Sequence record: NZ_CP022047.2
Strand: one strand, 5' to 3'
DNA: 64,000 nucleotides
DNA from: a plasmid
Every line of letters starts with the position of its first letter. The stretch's first letter is position 1. The notes under the pieces were generated by a model. The model ran no database searches, had not been told where the DNA came from, and saw only the letters and a program-made list of their open reading frames with translations. Positions 30,590-41,175 of the stretch are shown here, piece after piece. Made by a program: the position numbers and the translations under genes.

Positions 30590-31555
30590 TTATATATTCC
30601 CTGACACTTGTTCAATATAGCGTTCAAATATCATCCCATCATATTGTTTTACATCTTCTACATATTCCTCGAAGATAAATGACGCATTAGAAAAACCTTC
30701 TTCATTTAAAATCGTGTGAACGTCATCAATGAGTTCAGTAATATTGTCTAATGAAGTTGTTTTGAGATAGGCTTGTTTCAATGAAACGGGTTCATCTCTT
30801 TCATTCATTAATCGACCATAATCAAAAGCGACATGTAAAATATTTTTTACTTTATCATCAAATGACTGAATGCCGGCTTGGTTGATGATTTCATCAAATT
30901 CGATTTCCGCTGTAATGTCTTCAATATAGTTAGTATATGCTTCATTTATTGTCGATACATCATATGGGTTCTCTTCAATCATAGTCTCCATATCTTCATT
31001 TACCGTCCCATCAGAATCATATTCAAAGTGTTTGGGTTCTTCAGATGTGTCAGCTTTAATTTCTTCTACATTGTCGAGTTCATTCTTTTGTTCATCAATT
31101 GTTGTATTGGCTTCGTTTAAATCATTTTGACTATGTGGCTCATCTTCATTTATTTTATCCACTTTATCTAGTACACTCTGATTGTCAGGTACTTCTTTGT
31201 TTACTAATGTGGTATCTTGTTGAACCGTCACAAATGAAGATTTTGTTCGAAATTTTTCAAATGCATCTTCATTACTATTTGCTTCATTTGGAATAGGCAG
31301 TATTTGGCGATAAACCAACAACTCATTTAACGTTAAAGTTTCCGTTAATTGTGGATTCAAATAAGTGAAAACTTTTGTATGCTTTTCTTTAATATTAGAA
31401 ATGAAGTTCTGTGCTTCTGTTAATTGAGCTTCCACTAAGAAAGTATTTGCCTTTTCTCTTGTCATTGTTTCTTCTTCGAATCTTAATTGTACGCGATCTG
31501 ACGAATCTAAAAGTGATTGTGTAGCTTCTGTTAATTTTATACTTGTTAAATGCAT
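30590..31555 (-). CDS. Acidic hypothetical protein
   Basis: 321-aa D/E-rich protein. Confidence 0.2.
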   Translation of the reverse strand: MHLTSIKLTEATQSLLDSSDRVQLRFEEETMTREKANTFLVEAQLTEAQNFISNIKEKHTKVFTYLNPQLTETLTLNELLVYRQILPIPNEANSNEDAFEKFRTKSSFVTVQQDTTLVNKEVPDNQSVLDKVDKINEDEPHSQNDLNEANTTIDEQKNELDNVEEIKADTSEEPKHFEYDSDGTVNEDMETMIEENPYDVSTINEAYTNYIEDITAEIEFDEIINQAGIQSFDDKVKNILHVAFDYGRLMNERDEPVSLKQAYLKTTSLDNITELIDDVHTILNEEGFSNASFIFEEYVEDVKQYDGMIFERYIEQVSGNI

Positions 31556-31576
31556 TGTATATATCTCCCTTTATGA

Positions 31577-33790
31577 TTATTTTTGGGCACCATTTATTAT
31601 TTCTTTCTGTGCCTCTGCTTCTTTTTGCGCTTTTTGATAAGTATTGAATGCTTCTCTCTCTTTGATTTTATTATCAAGCGATTCTGACTCAAGGTCAATA
31701 TTTAATTGTTTGGCTTCTTTAACTTTATTTTCATCAATCATATATTCGCCAATCGTTGCTAAATCACGATTTTTTAAATTTAATTGACCTTTATATTTTT
31801 CATACGTTTTAATAATGTTGTCGGCATCATGAGTAAGTAATGCCTGATACATATATGTTTTTGGATCATCGAATGTTTCTATAACAACATCTAAGCCATC
31901 AGAATCTTGATTTTTATAAGCCGTATCTGATATAGATTTATACTTATTTGGATATTCATTCATCGCTGTTTGATATTGTCTATTTTTTAACAATTCATTA
32001 AATGTTGGTTTTTCTGGTTCTTCTTCAGCCACCATTTTGCCTGTCATGTTTACTGTAAAAATAATTATCGCAACCATGATGCTCAGTAATAGCCCACCTA
32101 ATATTAATGATGTCCAAATAGACTTCGATGAAGTTGGTTTAGTATTAATATATTGTGGTGATTGTAATAATTGCTCTGTTTTCATTAATTCTTTTTGAAC
32201 GGAAATCTCTTCTTCTTTTAAACTATTGAGCTTTTTCTTTTCTTCAAGCTTTTGAAGTTCGATTTCTTGTGCCTTTTTCTTTGTTTCAAGTTCAAGTTGG
32301 GATTTCTTCTCTTTTTCAATCTCCAATTGATCAGCCTTTTCTTTGGCTTTTGCTTCTTGACGTCTTGTTTCTTCTATATGATGTTGTTCTTGTTTTAATT
32401 GTTGTTCATATTTTAATTTTTCAGCTTCAGCATGCAATTTATCTCGATAGGCTTGTTCCTCACGCAACACTTCCTGTTTAAAACCTTCTATTTTAGCTTT
32501 TAAGAGTTGGAACGTTTCTTTATCGTAATCATACATTTTTGTTTTAAGATGTTCTTCTTGTGTTCGAATTAAATTTTGTAAATTTGTTTTTATTTCGCTG
32601 TCTAATCTTTTTTGTTCATTAGTAATATCATCAGATATGATTAATTCATGATTATCTATCATATTAGACAAATGGTCACTCACCTCTTGTTCATAAGCTT
32701 GATCTAAATCCTTAAGTTTATGTTCAAGTTCTTGATTTAACATACTGACTTTTTCTTGATACTTTAAATCCAACTCTTCTTTATAACGTCTCAAGATTTC
32801 TAAATTTTTAGCTTCTTCATTTTCAATAAACGCTTGTCTACGTTCTTCAATTTCAACACGTTTTTCTTCTTCAGATTCATTTAAAGCTTCATCTGACATC
32901 ATTAATGAAGATTGGAACTGGCTTAATTTTAATTCACTATCCTCTTTTAACTCGAGATACTTCAACATTAACTGTTGTTCTAAATCAAAGTAATATGTTT
33001 CTTTGAGCTGTTCTTTTTCTAATTGTCGATCATGTATGAAATCATATTTCTTTTGTAAGATAGGATCTTTCGAATGTCGCTTTTTAACTTCATGATGTGT
33101 ATATTTTGGAATTAAAACAGGTATAATATCTTTAACATGGCGTTTTGAAATGTCTAATTCTTTAGAATTAGATACGTTACTTTCTGAAGATTCCTCTAAA
33201 GGTTTCGTATTTTCTAAGATTTCAACAATTCGATTGAGTTTTTCTTGTCCTTCCTGATTAATTTCAAATGATTGTGATTCTATTGCTTTAGGTTCTTCTG
33301 TTAGTTCTTCCTTTGGTTCTTCTAATGTCTTATTAAGAACTTCTTCTTTTTTCTTTAATAAATGTTTCTTCGACTTAACCTCCGGTTCATATTGATAAGC
33401 TTCCTCGTAATCTTGTTTAAAGTCTTCTATATTGTCTTTTGTCACATCCGGATCCTGTGATATATCTCTCGTGACAATCGCAAACAATAAACTGTTTTCT
33501 ACTTTGGCTAATTCATCAAATTCATCTGTTTGAACATGCTTTGATTCTTGATGATTCAGTTTAACATCATCACTTTCCCACCTTGATACAAATGTTTCAT
33601 CATCCAAAATACTCATTTCTAAAATAAAATCTATGGTTTCTTGTTTCTTATCATAATAATCTCTACTCTCCTCAACTAACATATTTAATAGTCGGTCAAT
33701 TTCTTTTAATGGATATGCTTTTCTTAATTTATATCCAAGCTTTTTGACCAATTTAGGATCATTACTTTTTTTGATTTGTCCTTTTAACAA
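31577..33790 (-). CDS. Large coiled-coil protein with a single TM segment
   Basis: Extensive E/K/Q-rich heptad-like regions. TM helix 'IWTSLILGGLLLSIMVAIIIFTV' near residue 545. Confidence 0.3.
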   Translation of the reverse strand: MLKGQIKKSNDPKLVKKLGYKLRKAYPLKEIDRLLNMLVEESRDYYDKKQETIDFILEMSILDDETFVSRWESDDVKLNHQESKHVQTDEFDELAKVENSLLFAIVTRDISQDPDVTKDNIEDFKQDYEEAYQYEPEVKSKKHLLKKKEEVLNKTLEEPKEELTEEPKAIESQSFEINQEGQEKLNRIVEILENTKPLEESSESNVSNSKELDISKRHVKDIIPVLIPKYTHHEVKKRHSKDPILQKKYDFIHDRQLEKEQLKETYYFDLEQQLMLKYLELKEDSELKLSQFQSSLMMSDEALNESEEEKRVEIEERRQAFIENEEAKNLEILRRYKEELDLKYQEKVSMLNQELEHKLKDLDQAYEQEVSDHLSNMIDNHELIISDDITNEQKRLDSEIKTNLQNLIRTQEEHLKTKMYDYDKETFQLLKAKIEGFKQEVLREEQAYRDKLHAEAEKLKYEQQLKQEQHHIEETRRQEAKAKEKADQLEIEKEKKSQLELETKKKAQEIELQKLEEKKKLNSLKEEEISVQKELMKTEQLLQSPQYINTKPTSSKSIWTSLILGGLLLSIMVAIIIFTVNMTGKMVAEEEPEKPTFNELLKNRQYQTAMNEYPNKYKSISDTAYKNQDSDGLDVVIETFDDPKTYMYQALLTHDADNIIKTYEKYKGQLNLKNRDLATIGEYMIDENKVKEAKQLNIDLESESLDNKIKEREAFNTYQKAQKEAEAQKEIINGAQK

Positions 33791-33925
33791 CGCCTTGACA
33801 CCCTTTCCTTTTTTATTTAGAATTAAATTCTAGTATCTATATATATGAAATAGCTTTTTTCATCGTTAATTTTAAGAAAACCCCGGAATAACTTTTTTAA
33901 GTTATATCGGGGTTTTCTATTTATA

Positions 33926-34216
33926 TTAAAATTTTCCGTTTGCTTGGAACCAACCTACAATTGTTGTTGCGGACAATACAACACATAAGCCGACGGCGCC
34001 ACCAATCCACCATTGTTTAGCTGTACGTTTTCCATCATCGCCACCGAAAATCCAAAATAAGCCACCAATGATGAATGCCAGTCCAGCTCCAGCAACACCG
34101 ATTTTGTTTAAACCACGGCTAAAGTCTTTAATAACCTTTGCCCCTTTATCGAACGCGTCATTGTATTGTAAGAAATCAAAAATGACATCTAAATGTAGTA
34201 ATGTAATTAAATCCAT
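33926..34216 (-). CDS. Small two-TM protein, possible VirB2/TrbC-like pilin-like component
   Basis: 96 aa with two hydrophobic helices ('IGVAGAGLAFIIGGLFWIFG', 'WWIGGAVGLCVVLSATTIVGW'). Confidence 0.3.
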   Translation of the reverse strand: MDLITLLHLDVIFDFLQYNDAFDKGAKVIKDFSRGLNKIGVAGAGLAFIIGGLFWIFGGDDGKRTAKQWWIGGAVGLCVVLSATTIVGWFQANGKF

Positions 34217-34395
34217 TCGTTTACCTTCTTCCTGTTAAAATTAGTAATTAAAAAAGCCCTTCGAAAAGGGCTGTGAGATGTTTAAAATTGATATAAGTGC
34301 TTTTTGGAGTATTGTACGTCTTCCGTTAGTGTTGGATTGCGTATAGGGTTCATATATAGCCTATCCTCCATGCATCAAGTTGCATAGTCTTTGGT

Positions 34396-34677
34396 TTAAG
34401 CTTGTTGATGCTTATTTTTTTGTATTTGTTCTGACTGGGCTACATTCTGCCCTGTTTTGTTGTTCGTACCTTTTACATTTTGTAGTACTAGTGATAAGAC
34501 GGCTTCCTTCAAAACATTTTCTCTCCAAGCGTTAAAATATGTTTTATCTTTATCAATGATTTGAAGACGTTTTTCATTCACTACTTGTTCAGCCCAAGTT
34601 TGATAATCAATACCATGTGACTGTACAATTTCTTTCATATCTTTTTCTTTCAATGTTAGATTTATCATATCCATCAT
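34396..34677 (-). CDS. Small hypothetical protein
   Basis: 93-aa ORF whose stop overlaps the adhesin gene. Confidence 0.2.
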   Translation of the reverse strand: MMDMINLTLKEKDMKEIVQSHGIDYQTWAEQVVNEKRLQIIDKDKTYFNAWRENVLKEAVLSLVLQNVKGTNNKTGQNVAQSEQIQKNKHQQA

Positions 34678-37535
34678 CCTTCAGAATTTTTCTTGCGTAA
34701 TTTTAGGAGTGTTAAGCCACCAGCAATTAACACACCACCCATCACAATAAGCCATGTCATCGTCTCAGTACCTGTCTTTGGTAAAACTGATTGAATCATA
34801 TTAGGCTTTTCTTGTGGTGTTTCTTTCACTTGTTGTGGAGCTGATTGCGGTTGTTCAGTTGGTGGTGCAACTTTTTCAGGTTGTTCTTGTGGTGCTTCAG
34901 GTTCAGGATTCTCAGGTGTTGGTTCTTGAGGATCTTTTGGTTCTTCAGGTTTTTCAGGTACTGGTGTTACTTCTTTCTCTTCCTTCGGAACTTTAGTTGT
35001 CACTTGATTAGTTTCCTTCTTCTCCTCATTGACAGTTGAAATTGCGACATTATCTATAATAGATTTTCCATCTTCTTGTTTTAGTTTTGATAAATCAACA
35101 TCTTTTGGAATTGTCACATCTATATCTGTCTCTAAATGACCACCACGATACTTTGTATCAGGCTTTTCATTTTCCCATTTAACAGATGATTTTTCTTCGT
35201 CAATCGTTGATTTCCCTTCTTTTGTCACATCTTCTCTCTTATCCGTATTAGAACCATCCTCATTCACATTTTCTGTGTTTGTGGAAGAATCTAAGTCCGT
35301 TACATCTTTATTTGATTCATTTTCTTCAGTATTTGTAGAACCTTCATCTTGATCTGTCGTTTCATTATTTACGTTCTTTTCTGTTTTAACTGTTTCTTCT
35401 GTATTTAATGATTCTTCATTTTTACCTACATCTTCATTATTTGATGAAGCATCATTCTTGTTTTCTTCATTTTTTGATGACTGATTATCATTATCTTCTG
35501 TATTGGATGATTCTTCCTGATTTTTTTCAGAAGTTATCTTTTTACCACCTAAATAAACTTTCATCCCATCTATTTGTAATACGTCGTTCATGTCATCTTC
35601 AATTTTGATGGCATCTACCTTCTCAGCATTTGGAATATCAGTTTTAATACGGTAAGTGTAGGATTCGCCTGCTTTAACTTCATTTTCTTTTACTTCTTTA
35701 CCTGTATCATCTACAATGACTTTTTCTGTTTTAAAATCAACTTTTTCTAATACTGTCTCTACTTCATTTGAAGGTGTTTCTTTATCCCCTTCCACAATTT
35801 TGATTGTATTAGGTAAAACAAATTGACCGTCTTTCTCATATTCCTTAAGACTAACGTCATCTCTCACCGTCACATCAGCGAGTACCTTAATTTTTTTACC
35901 TGCTAATTTTTTGGGACCTTTAGCAAACCATGAATAAGTATTGGTTTTTTCATCAATTTTTAAATCGCCATCTTTTGTGATTTCTTGATCCTTTTCATCC
36001 ATGACTTTAATGTCATTAATTTTTAAAGGCTTAGTTACTTCATCAATTACACCACGTTTAACATCAGCTTCTTTATTGCCAAATTGTGCAATTTTTTCAT
36101 ACTTAAAAGTATCACCAATTTTAACGTCATTCATATCAACTTTATTACCATTTTGATCAATGATTTTTTTAGTAACAGAAGGTTTAATTGGTTTTGGCGG
36201 TGTTGTCACAACTTCATTCGTATCTTTATCTTTTCCATCTTTATACACTTTAGCTTTATTCAAAATTTGAATTTCACCTTTATCATTTGTAATTTTGGAT
36301 AAGTCAGCATCTTTCTTCAGTTTTACGTCTACTTTAAATTTATAGTCATTCTCATAAAACTCTTTTTTCTTTAAAATGCTTGATTTTGCCTGATAATGAA
36401 GTTTATTTCCTTCAGATTTATTATCAAAGTACTCAGTTGTCACATCTTTGCCTTCTGAATTCGTAATCGTAACTTTTTTAACTTCTAATTCACTATTGAT
36501 ATCGTCTTTAAAACCGTAATCTTTATAGTAGAATTGTTCTTCTTCCGCAGGTACAGTATGTGTAATATCATAATGATAACCTTCATACAATGTATCTAAC
36601 TTGTTTTTCTCTACATCTTTTTCATCTTGGTCAGATACTAATTTAAATGGCTCTAACGTTTCAGTTTTCGCTGGTTTTTCACCATCGTATCCAAAATACT
36701 GTGCATATTGTCCTTCATCCCATTTAATGACTTTATCTTTATTATAATCTGTCCAATCTTTACCCCAACGCATAGATAAGTCATGACTATCACTTAAAAT
36801 TGTAAATTTCGCAAAAGCATCCTTTGGATCTGATAACTCTCCATCAAGTTCTTGGAATCTATGAAAACCGTCTTTATGTTCATAATCAATCCAAGAATCT
36901 TTTGAATGATAGACTTTTGAAATCTTACTCATTTGTTTGTCAGGGAATCCAGCATATTGTTTAGCATCAATATCATTGATGCCCATATATGTTCCAGTGA
37001 TGTCTGTAGCTGGTTTACCTGTATCGTGATAAATTGGTTCCCAGTGGATATCAATCCACTCATACCCAGCTTGTGTAAAGCCAATACCATTCACTTTACT
37101 TCCTGCGAATCGCATATATTGACCACCTTCGAAACCTGCCTCTTTCCAATCAACAACTGTTGCTTTATAGTCAATTTGTTTCCCGTGGTATGTTCCAACA
37201 TTTGTGTAATAAGCCGTCAACTTCCCTTTTTCATCCTTTTTAGGTTCAACCCAAATAGCATTACCAGTTGGTGTTGTCTTTAAAGAGGCTGTTTTAGATA
37301 ATTCTAATTTTGATTTTCCAGTGATCCATTTGGCGATAAAACTATACTTATTACTGATTTCAGAATCTTTACTTGGCACTTCTGCATTTGGTGCTTTTGA
37401 AATTGGTTCAGCTTTCACAATACCTCCGGTACTCATTAGAGATGTACCTAAAATAACACCTGCTGTTGCGGTTTGAAGTTGCCTCATACGCTTTTTATTT
37501 CTATTGTCCTTTAATTGTGTTGTCACCATGTACAA
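34674..37535 (-). CDS. LPXTG-anchored surface adhesin of the conjugation module
   Basis: N-terminal signal peptide. Pro/Glu-rich wall-spanning region. C-terminal 'LPKTG' followed by a hydrophobic stretch and an 'RKKNSEG' tail. Confidence 0.8.
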   Translation of the reverse strand: MYMVTTQLKDNRNKKRMRQLQTATAGVILGTSLMSTGGIVKAEPISKAPNAEVPSKDSEISNKYSFIAKWITGKSKLELSKTASLKTTPTGNAIWVEPKKDEKGKLTAYYTNVGTYHGKQIDYKATVVDWKEAGFEGGQYMRFAGSKVNGIGFTQAGYEWIDIHWEPIYHDTGKPATDITGTYMGINDIDAKQYAGFPDKQMSKISKVYHSKDSWIDYEHKDGFHRFQELDGELSDPKDAFAKFTILSDSHDLSMRWGKDWTDYNKDKVIKWDEGQYAQYFGYDGEKPAKTETLEPFKLVSDQDEKDVEKNKLDTLYEGYHYDITHTVPAEEEQFYYKDYGFKDDINSELEVKKVTITNSEGKDVTTEYFDNKSEGNKLHYQAKSSILKKKEFYENDYKFKVDVKLKKDADLSKITNDKGEIQILNKAKVYKDGKDKDTNEVVTTPPKPIKPSVTKKIIDQNGNKVDMNDVKIGDTFKYEKIAQFGNKEADVKRGVIDEVTKPLKINDIKVMDEKDQEITKDGDLKIDEKTNTYSWFAKGPKKLAGKKIKVLADVTVRDDVSLKEYEKDGQFVLPNTIKIVEGDKETPSNEVETVLEKVDFKTEKVIVDDTGKEVKENEVKAGESYTYRIKTDIPNAEKVDAIKIEDDMNDVLQIDGMKVYLGGKKITSEKNQEESSNTEDNDNQSSKNEENKNDASSNNEDVGKNEESLNTEETVKTEKNVNNETTDQDEGSTNTEENESNKDVTDLDSSTNTENVNEDGSNTDKREDVTKEGKSTIDEEKSSVKWENEKPDTKYRGGHLETDIDVTIPKDVDLSKLKQEDGKSIIDNVAISTVNEEKKETNQVTTKVPKEEKEVTPVPEKPEEPKDPQEPTPENPEPEAPQEQPEKVAPPTEQPQSAPQQVKETPQEKPNMIQSVLPKTGTETMTWLIVMGGVLIAGGLTLLKLRKKNSEG

Positions 37536-37763
37536 CCACCCTTCTTAATTTTTAATTACTTTTAACATACGTCCACCAAAATATATGTAGGTGAACGCGC
37601 GTTATATTGTTTTTCCATAACCTCATCCCTTCCAATAAAAAAAGCCATTATTACAATTTGTAATAATGGCTTTTTTAACCTATTCTATTTGATCTATTTG
37701 TCTCTAAAAACATTTTCATATCTTTAGTACTTGTTTTGAGATGGCTTCAAATCAATATTCAAG

Positions 37764-38129
37764 TTAGATTATGCTTACAATCGTATCCACCAACAACAAA
37801 ATAGCTATTAGTGAAATCATCACATCGAAAATTTCAAAGTGTTTCACGTTCATTGACTTAAGATATTCTTTCAACCTATATTGATATAGCTTTTTACAGA
37901 CCATCATGAAAATAATTAACAATCCAACGACAATCGATACAATTTGAATAACCCATTCTGTGCTGGACTCAGCACCAAGTAGCAATTTCAAAAATATCGT
38001 TATCAGCACCACATAATTTGAAAAAATAAGATTTCTTCGACACATCTGATAATTTACTACTGTTTTTTTCAATGTCTCAGGTACTATATCCATTAATTCA
38101 TTTAGTTTCGCATCAATATTATTATTCAT
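37764..38129 (-). CDS. Small membrane protein
   Basis: 121 aa with three hydrophobic helices. Confidence 0.25.
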   Translation of the reverse strand: MNNNIDAKLNELMDIVPETLKKTVVNYQMCRRNLIFSNYVVLITIFLKLLLGAESSTEWVIQIVSIVVGLLIIFMMVCKKLYQYRLKEYLKSMNVKHFEIFDVMISLIAILLLVDTIVSII

Positions 38130-38326
38130 ATCTTCTCCTAACTATCCAATATTAGAAAATCTATATTTTTGTAGGTATAAACATACTTCCACTAATCAGA
38201 TTTTCATTCAAAATAAAAATACTTTCATCAACATCATTAAAATGAGAATTGCACTACCTATAATACCTGCTCCGCACAAAGTCGCCTTAACTAATTTCGC
38301 GTTAACTAATTCTTTACTCATCTTTA

Positions 38327-38645
38327 TCACCCTTCCATTAATTTATTGAACCTAAATACAGACTGTTCTGTACGATATTTTTCCTGTAGATATACTAAAG
38401 CTGAACGATGAGTCCAGTCTAATATTGCAACACGCTCAGACGCTTCATTTAGGCATGTGAACTGGTAGTTCACACCTTTTAGTGCTATTCCGTCCATTAG
38501 TCGAAAACAACTCAATACACAGCCCCTCTTCGCTTAATAGAACTAGTTTAATGTCTTTACTGAACTTCTTGTTGATCTCTACATCAATCAACAGAGATTC
38601 ATACGCAAATGTCATCATTTCGGCTTCTACCTTAGTTTTAATCAT
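38327..38645 (-). pseudogene. Frameshifted hypothetical gene (two overlapping ORFs in adjacent frames)
   Basis: ORFs 38445..38645 and 38327..38515 overlap by ~70 nt in different frames and read as one ~106-aa protein with a -1/+1 shift. Confidence 0.35.
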
Positions 38646-38752
38646 TTTTTTGGTACTCCTTTACTGCGTACGACATGGGTTCATGCGTCTATCCAATTTC
38701 TTCAAAAATAATAAAAAGTATTTATTGAAAAAATAATCCATTGCTTCACTTC

Positions 38753-38998
38753 CTACCTAAATTTCTTTTGTTCACAACTCAACAAATAACCAAAATAATT
38801 ACGTGGTACATCATTTTTCAATTTTTCTGCTACTTTATTTTGTCGTACAGTTTCAACAAGATCTTTAGTACGTCGATAACGTGATGCTACAAAACAAAAA
38901 TCTAGCATACTATTTTTGTGATAATGAACGCTTACTAATATCTTGTCTCTCTTAATTAAGTCTGTTTTCAACTTAATGAATTCTAATTCTGTCATGTA
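38753..38998 (-). CDS. Hypothetical protein. The likely start is the internal ATG; the track's upstream extension runs into the left inverted repeat
   Basis: 'MTELEFIKLKTD...' preceded by SD 'GGAAGG'. The extension to 39052 has no SD and encodes the repeated IR sequence. Confidence 0.3.
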   Translation of the reverse strand, partial: YMTELEFIKLKTDLIKRDKILVSVHYHKNSMLDFCFVASRYRRTKDLVETVRQNKVAEKLKNDVPRNYFGYLLSCEQKKFR

Positions 38999-39008
38999 CA
39001 GTTCCTTC

Positions 39009-39520
39009 CCAGGTGTTGGCACATCACCTGTACAAATAACAATATGAATCACTCTATTAGCTCACAAGTTATATAAACTAAAAGTATAAGCAAAAATACA
39101 AAAACACCATATCCTAAAAACATCAAATGATATAGTTCTTGAATCATCCTATCACTCTTTTCATCTTTTCTATGGTCTGGTTTTTCTTGTTTTGTGGCTT
39201 TGAAACAAGAACCTTATGTATATCTATTCGCTCTTACTCTTTCAGAGTCATCATTGCTGAATACTAGGCTCGCTACCATACTCAATTGTCATCGCAAGCT
39301 ATATACAACGTACTTAGGATAGTTTCGGATAACTAACAACCGTACACCTGTGTGTACATTTAGACCGTTCGCTATTTCTTTACACGTATGTCTTATGCGC
39401 TATGTACTTAAACATAGTAAGTTTCAAGTTACGAATTCTTAATCCCCGCAAGTAACTATATTCAATTATCAATGTGCATTGTACAAATTCTTTATTTGTA
39501 CAGGTGATGTGCCAACATCT
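39009..39520. mobile_element. 454-bp non-coding segment bounded by 29-bp inverted repeats (MITE-like element or invertible switch)
   Basis: Left IR 39009-39037 'aggtgttggcacatcacctgtacaaataa'. Right IR 39492-39520 is its reverse complement with one mismatch. There is no ORF inside. Confidence 0.45.
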
Positions 39521-39532
39521 ATTTTTTACATT

Positions 39533-39883
39533 CTATAATGTTTCAAATTTTCTCTTCTTTAATTTTTGTTTATATGTTTTTTTAGGGACAAACGTTAAAC
39601 TATTCAGTTGCCCGGAATGTTTATTTTTCTTATAAATCAATTGTCCATGTATATCATAAACTGCTCTTACAAGATCCTTAATCTCACATAATGATACAAA
39701 CTCTTTTACATACGTCAAATTATGATTTTTCAAAGGTCTTCTAATAACAAAACCATCTTGAATATTGATATAAGTTGTCCCATCATTTAATACAAATCGA
39801 TAACCATTTTTGATGAGATCATTTAGCGACACCTTATTATTATTAAATATAATTGTGTAATCCTTTTTATTCACATTTTTCAC
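39533..39883 (-). CDS. Hypothetical protein
   Basis: 116-aa basic protein. Confidence 0.25.
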   Translation of the reverse strand: MKNVNKKDYTIIFNNNKVSLNDLIKNGYRFVLNDGTTYINIQDGFVIRRPLKNHNLTYVKEFVSLCEIKDLVRAVYDIHGQLIYKKNKHSGQLNSLTFVPKKTYKQKLKKRKFETL

Positions 39884-40413
39884 TCCTTTTTTGTATTTGG
39901 GGAAATTTTTTTATATTTTATTTTTCAATGTTCTATGATCAATAAAAAAGACAAATAAAAGAAGGCAACTTTCACTCTGTTATAGTGAAAGTTGCCCTCG
40001 AAAAGTCCGTAACAACAATATTGTACACGAAACTACTACCCTCTCATTCTATTAGGATAGCTTGTTAATTAATTCCAATTCAAACAGTTATTCCTACTCA
40101 AATTATATGATTTCTCCCTGAAATTCACATTAGTAAGATTGAATTAATTATTTATGTGTACTATATTTAGATATGTGCTTGTATTAAGGTTGTTAGCGCA
40201 ACCTCATACAAGTCACATATGTTACGGGGAAAGTCAATTCACTAGTAGTGTAGTGGTATTGATGAAATAGAAAGAGTGTGTTGACGCACGCTCTTTTTAT
40301 TCCCCTTTTTTATTGATCACAGAGCATTGTACACTCTGAAACCTTATAAATTAATTAAATATGAAAACTGGACATTAGTCAACTAATAATGAAAAGAAAA
40401 TAATTAATATTAA

Positions 40414-40881
40414 TTATTTTCTTTTCATTTCTATAATTGAACTAGTAAGTCTAATCTTAGATACATCGAATTCTGATAAACTTTCCGAATACTGATAAAA
40501 TTCATCATATTCAAAAGAAATCAATTTATTATCCCCTAAAGCCCAAATAAAAGCATCATTTTCCTCATTAGTTTTTTCTAAACTGTCCCTAAAGTAATCA
40601 CCAGCATTATCAGGTACAGACTTAAATAATAAATAATCTTTATCACCTTTAGACACTACTTCATATTTACCTACACCTTCACCACCAAATGAATCTTTAT
40701 CTTTCACACGATACTCACCATTATCTTCAAACGTTATATCACCTAATACATCGCCTGATTCTTCAACTAACTCAAATGATTCACCTTTTAATTGTCCCTC
40801 AGCGCCTTTACCACAAGCAGTTAACATCACTAATACAAACAAAGACATTACAACTACACAAACTCTTTTTAACTTATACAT
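40414..40881 (-). CDS. Lipoprotein
   Basis: Signal peptide with lipobox 'LTAC'. Acidic mature protein. Confidence 0.55.
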   Translation of the reverse strand: MYKLKRVCVVVMSLFVLVMLTACGKGAEGQLKGESFELVEESGDVLGDITFEDNGEYRVKDKDSFGGEGVGKYEVVSKGDKDYLLFKSVPDNAGDYFRDSLEKTNEENDAFIWALGDNKLISFEYDEFYQYSESLSEFDVSKIRLTSSIIEMKRK

Positions 40882-41175
40882 ACGATCTCCTCCCTAACCC
40901 TTTGCCCATTAAGCTTAAGGCAAAAATTATTATAACATTATTCATCGACTTGTAGTCAACGACTTCCTAAATGAATAAATATAATGCCTAAGTGTTTAAA
41001 AATATAAAAAATTTTACAATACTCACGAACAGATATAGCAATAGCATAATAAATACAAGATAATAAAGTATTAAATTATAATAAGACACAACTCAATAAT
41101 CACATAATACATTCATCAAAACAATCCGTAAGAGCAAACATATAAATAATGTAAGGCAGAGTGTCCAATTAAAAA

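Noticed and set aside
38327-38645. Two separate small genes 38445..38645 and 38327..38515
   Set aside because: They overlap heavily in adjacent frames. A single frameshifted gene is the more parsimonious reading.
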